DNA of 64,000 bases. Origin: Eledone cirrhosa. Lineage: Eukaryota. The notes under the pieces are model-generated. The model was not told the origin of the DNA. It saw nothing but the letters and a program-made list of their open reading frames with translations, and made no database searches. The stretch spans positions 744,001 through 808,000 of the forward strand of contig OZ024751.1 of the NCBI GenBank assembly GCA_964016885.1, given 5' to 3'. The translations under genes were made by a program, and so were the position numbers. Below, piece by piece: positions 60,801 through 64,000 of this stretch; the first letter of the stretch is position 1; each line of letters opens with the position of its first letter.

Positions 60801-63800
60801 TATATTAGTGTTGGTATATATGTGTTGTTTTAATAATATTGGTATATTAGTGTTGGTATATTAATGTTGGTATATTAGTGTTGGTATATTAATGTTGTTA
60901 GATTAGTGTCGGTATATTAGTGATGGTATATTAATGTTCGTATATTACTGTTGGTATATTGTTGCTATATTATTGTTGGTATATTAGTGTTGCTATATTA
61001 ATGTTGGTATATTAATGTTGGTATATTAATGTTGCTATATTAATTTTGCTATATTAATGTTGGTATATTAGTGTTAGTATATTAACGTTGGTATATTTAT
61101 ATTGGTATATTCGTGTTGGTATATTAATGTTGGTATATTAATGTTGGTATATTAATGCTGGTATATTAGTGTTGGTATATTAATGTTGGTATATTAGTGT
61201 TGTTTTAATAATATTGGTATATTAATGTTGGTATATTAGTGTTGGTATATTAATGTTGGTATATTAGTGTTGGTATAATAGTGTTGGTATATTAATGTTG
61301 GTATATTAATGTTGTTATATTAGTGTTTATATATAATTGTTGGTATATTAATGTTGGTATATTACTGTTTGTATATTAGTGTTGTTTTAATAATATTGGT
61401 ATATTAATGTTGGTATATTAATATTAGTATGTTAGTGTTGGTATATTAATGTTGGTATATTAGTGTTGTTTTAATAATATTTGTATATTAATGTTGGTAT
61501 ATTAGTGTTGGTATATTAATGTTGGTATATTAATGTTGGTATATTATTCTTGGTATAATAGTTTGGTATATTAATGTCGGTATATTAGTGTTGGTATATT
61601 AGTGTTGTTTTAACAATATTGGTATATTAATGTTGGTCTATTAGTGTTGGTATATTAGTGTTGGTATATTAGTGTTGGTATATTAGTGTTGGTATATTAG
61701 TGTTGGTATATTAATATTCGTATATTAGTGTTGGTATATTAGTGTTGGTATATTAGTGTTGGGATATTAATGTAGGTATATTAGTGTTGGTATATTAGTG
61801 TTGGTATATTAATATTAGTATGTTAGTGTTGGTATATTAATGTTGGTATATTAGTGTTGTTTTAATAATATTTGTATATTAATGTTGGTATATTAGTGTT
61901 GGTATATTAATGTTGGTATATTAATGTTGGTATATTATTCTTGGTATAATAGTTTGGTATATTAATGTCGGTATATTAGTGTTGGTATATTAGTGTTGTT
62001 TTAACAATATTGGTATATTAATGTTGGTCTATTAGTGTTGGTATATTAGTGTTGGTATATTAGTGTTGGTATATTAGTGTTGTTTTAATAATATTGGTAT
62101 ATTAATGTTGGTATATTAATGTTGGCATATTAGTGTTGGTATATTAGTGTTGGTATATTAATGTTGGTATATTAGTGTTGGGATATTAATGTAGGTATAT
62201 TAGTGTTGGTATATTAGAGTTGGTATATTAGTGTTGGTATATTAATGTTGCTATATTAGTGTTGGTATGTTAGTGTTGGTATATTAGTGTTGCTATATTA
62301 GTGTTGGTATATTAATATTGGTATATTAGTGTTGGTATATTAGTGTTGGTATATTACTGTTGGTATATTAATGTTATAATAATGTTGGTATATTACTGTT
62401 GGTATATTAATGTTGGTATATTAGTGTTGGTATATTAATGTTGGTATATTAATGTTGTTATATTAGTGTTGGTATATTAATGTTGGTATATTAGTGTTGG
62501 TATATTAGTGTTGTTTTAATAATGTTGGTATATTAGGGTTGGTATATTACTGTTGGTATATTAATGTTATATTAATGTTGGTATATTACTGTTGGTATAT
62601 TAGTTTTGGTATATTAATGTTGGTATATTAGTGTTGGTATGTTAATGTTGGTGTATTAGTGTTGGTATATTAATGTGGTTATATTAGTGTTGGTATATTA
62701 ATGTTGGTATATTAGTGTTGGTATATTAGAGTTGGTATATTAGTGTTGGTGTATTAATGTTGCTATATTAGTGTAGGTATATTAATGTTGGTATATTAGT
62801 GTCGGTATATTAATGTTGGTATATAAATGTTGTTATATAAGTGTTGGTATATAAATGTTGGTATATTAGTGTTGGTATATTACTGTTGGTATATTAGTGT
62901 TGGTATATTAGTGTTGGTATTTTAGTGTTGCTATATTAGTGTTGCTATATCAGTGTTGGTATATTAGTGTTGGTATATTAGTGTTGGTATATTAGTTTTT
63001 GTATATTAATGTTGGTATATTAGTGTTGGTATATTAATGTTCGTATATTAATGTTGTTATATTAGTGTTGGTATATTAATGTTGGTATATTAGTGTTGGT
63101 ATATTAGTGTTGGTATATTAGTGTTGTTTTAATAATATTGGTATATTAATGTTGGTATATTAATATTAGCATACTAATGTTGGTATATTAGTGTTGGTAT
63201 ATCAGTGTTGGTATATTAATGTGGGTATATTAGTGTTGGTATATTAATGTGGGTATATTAGTGTTGGTATGTTAATGTTGGTATATTAGTGTTGGTATAT
63301 TAGAGTTGGTATATTAGTGTTGGTATATTAATGTTGCTATATTAGTGTAGGTATATTAATGTTGGTATATTAGTGTCGGTATATTAATGTTGGTATATAA
63401 ATGTTGTTATATTAGTGTTGGTATATAAATGTTGGTATATTAGTGTTGGTATATTACTGTTGGTATATTAGTGTTGTTTTAATAATATTGGTATATTAAT
63501 GTTGCTATATTAGTGTTGCTATATTAATGTTAGTATATTATTGTTGGTATATTAAGGTTGGTATATTAATGTTGATATATTAATGTTGCTATATTAATGT
63601 TGGAATATTGTTGGTATATTAATGTTGGTATATTAATGGTAGGTATATTAGTGTTGGTATATTATTGTTGGTATATTAGTGTTGGTATATTAATGTTGGT
63701 ATGTTAGTGTTGGTATATAAATTTTGGTATATTAGTGTTGGTATATTATTGGTATATTAATGTTTGTATATTAATGTTGGTATATTAGTGTTGGTATATT

Positions 63801-64000
63801 AATGTTGGTATATTAATGTTGGTATATTAGTGTTGGTATATTAGTGTTGGTATATTAGTGTTGGTATATTTATGTTGCTATATTAGTGTTATATATTAAT
63901 GTTGGTACATTAGTGTTGGTATATTAATGATGGTATATTATTGTTGGTATATTCGTGTTGGTATAGTAATGTTGGTATATTAGTGTTGGTATATTAATAC
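39849..64000. repeat. 14-bp satellite array (GTTGGTATATTART)n, at least 24 kb, with higher-order repeats
   Basis: Continuous tandem monomers to the window end; recurrent 14-bp variant GTTGTTTTAATAAT; diagnostic variants recur at kb-scale periods. Confidence 0.99.
41153..41339 (-). mobile_element. Full-length SINE family 1 inserted in the satellite with a 17-bp TSD
   Basis: TSD AAAGTTAGTATATTAAT at 41136-41152 and 41340-41356; intact A and B boxes. Confidence 0.95.

Noticed and set aside
39849-64000. Telomeric repeat
   Set aside because: The monomer is 14 bp and heterogeneous; there are no (TTAGGG)n tracts.

Overview
AT-rich eukaryotic genomic DNA, most consistent with a coleoid cephalopod such as Octopus (inferred from the dense AC/AT microsatellites and the SINE/RTE families). 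Only one host coding segment is visible: a phase-0 exon encoding most of a BTB/POZ domain plus a low-complexity tail (16030-17088, +). Positions 1-16029 are therefore probably one large transposon-filled intron. The first 39.8 kb is a nest of mobile elements: three young RTE LINE copies carrying a PHD-type finger inside the RT region, older RTE copies, two Penelope-like (RT + GIY-YIG) elements, a CR1-group LINE inserted into a 46-bp minisatellite, a DD37D mariner, non-autonomous Helitrons, TTAA/piggyBac-type MITEs, tRNA-derived SINEs and a 1.6-kb CAA-based array. The last ~24 kb is a 14-bp satellite with ~1-kb and ~4-kb higher-order repeats and one SINE insertion with a TSD. Highlights read by eye: a canonical hammerhead ribozyme (2188-2248, -), two hammerheads with a non-canonical core and extended stem II in Penelope pseudo-LTRs, a degenerate hammerhead attached to an RTE-type tail, and an in-frame G_GGA_AAC -1 slippery site linking ORF1 to an AUG-less ORF2 in the CR1-group LINE. 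All alignments and folds were done manually, and many boundaries are approximate.
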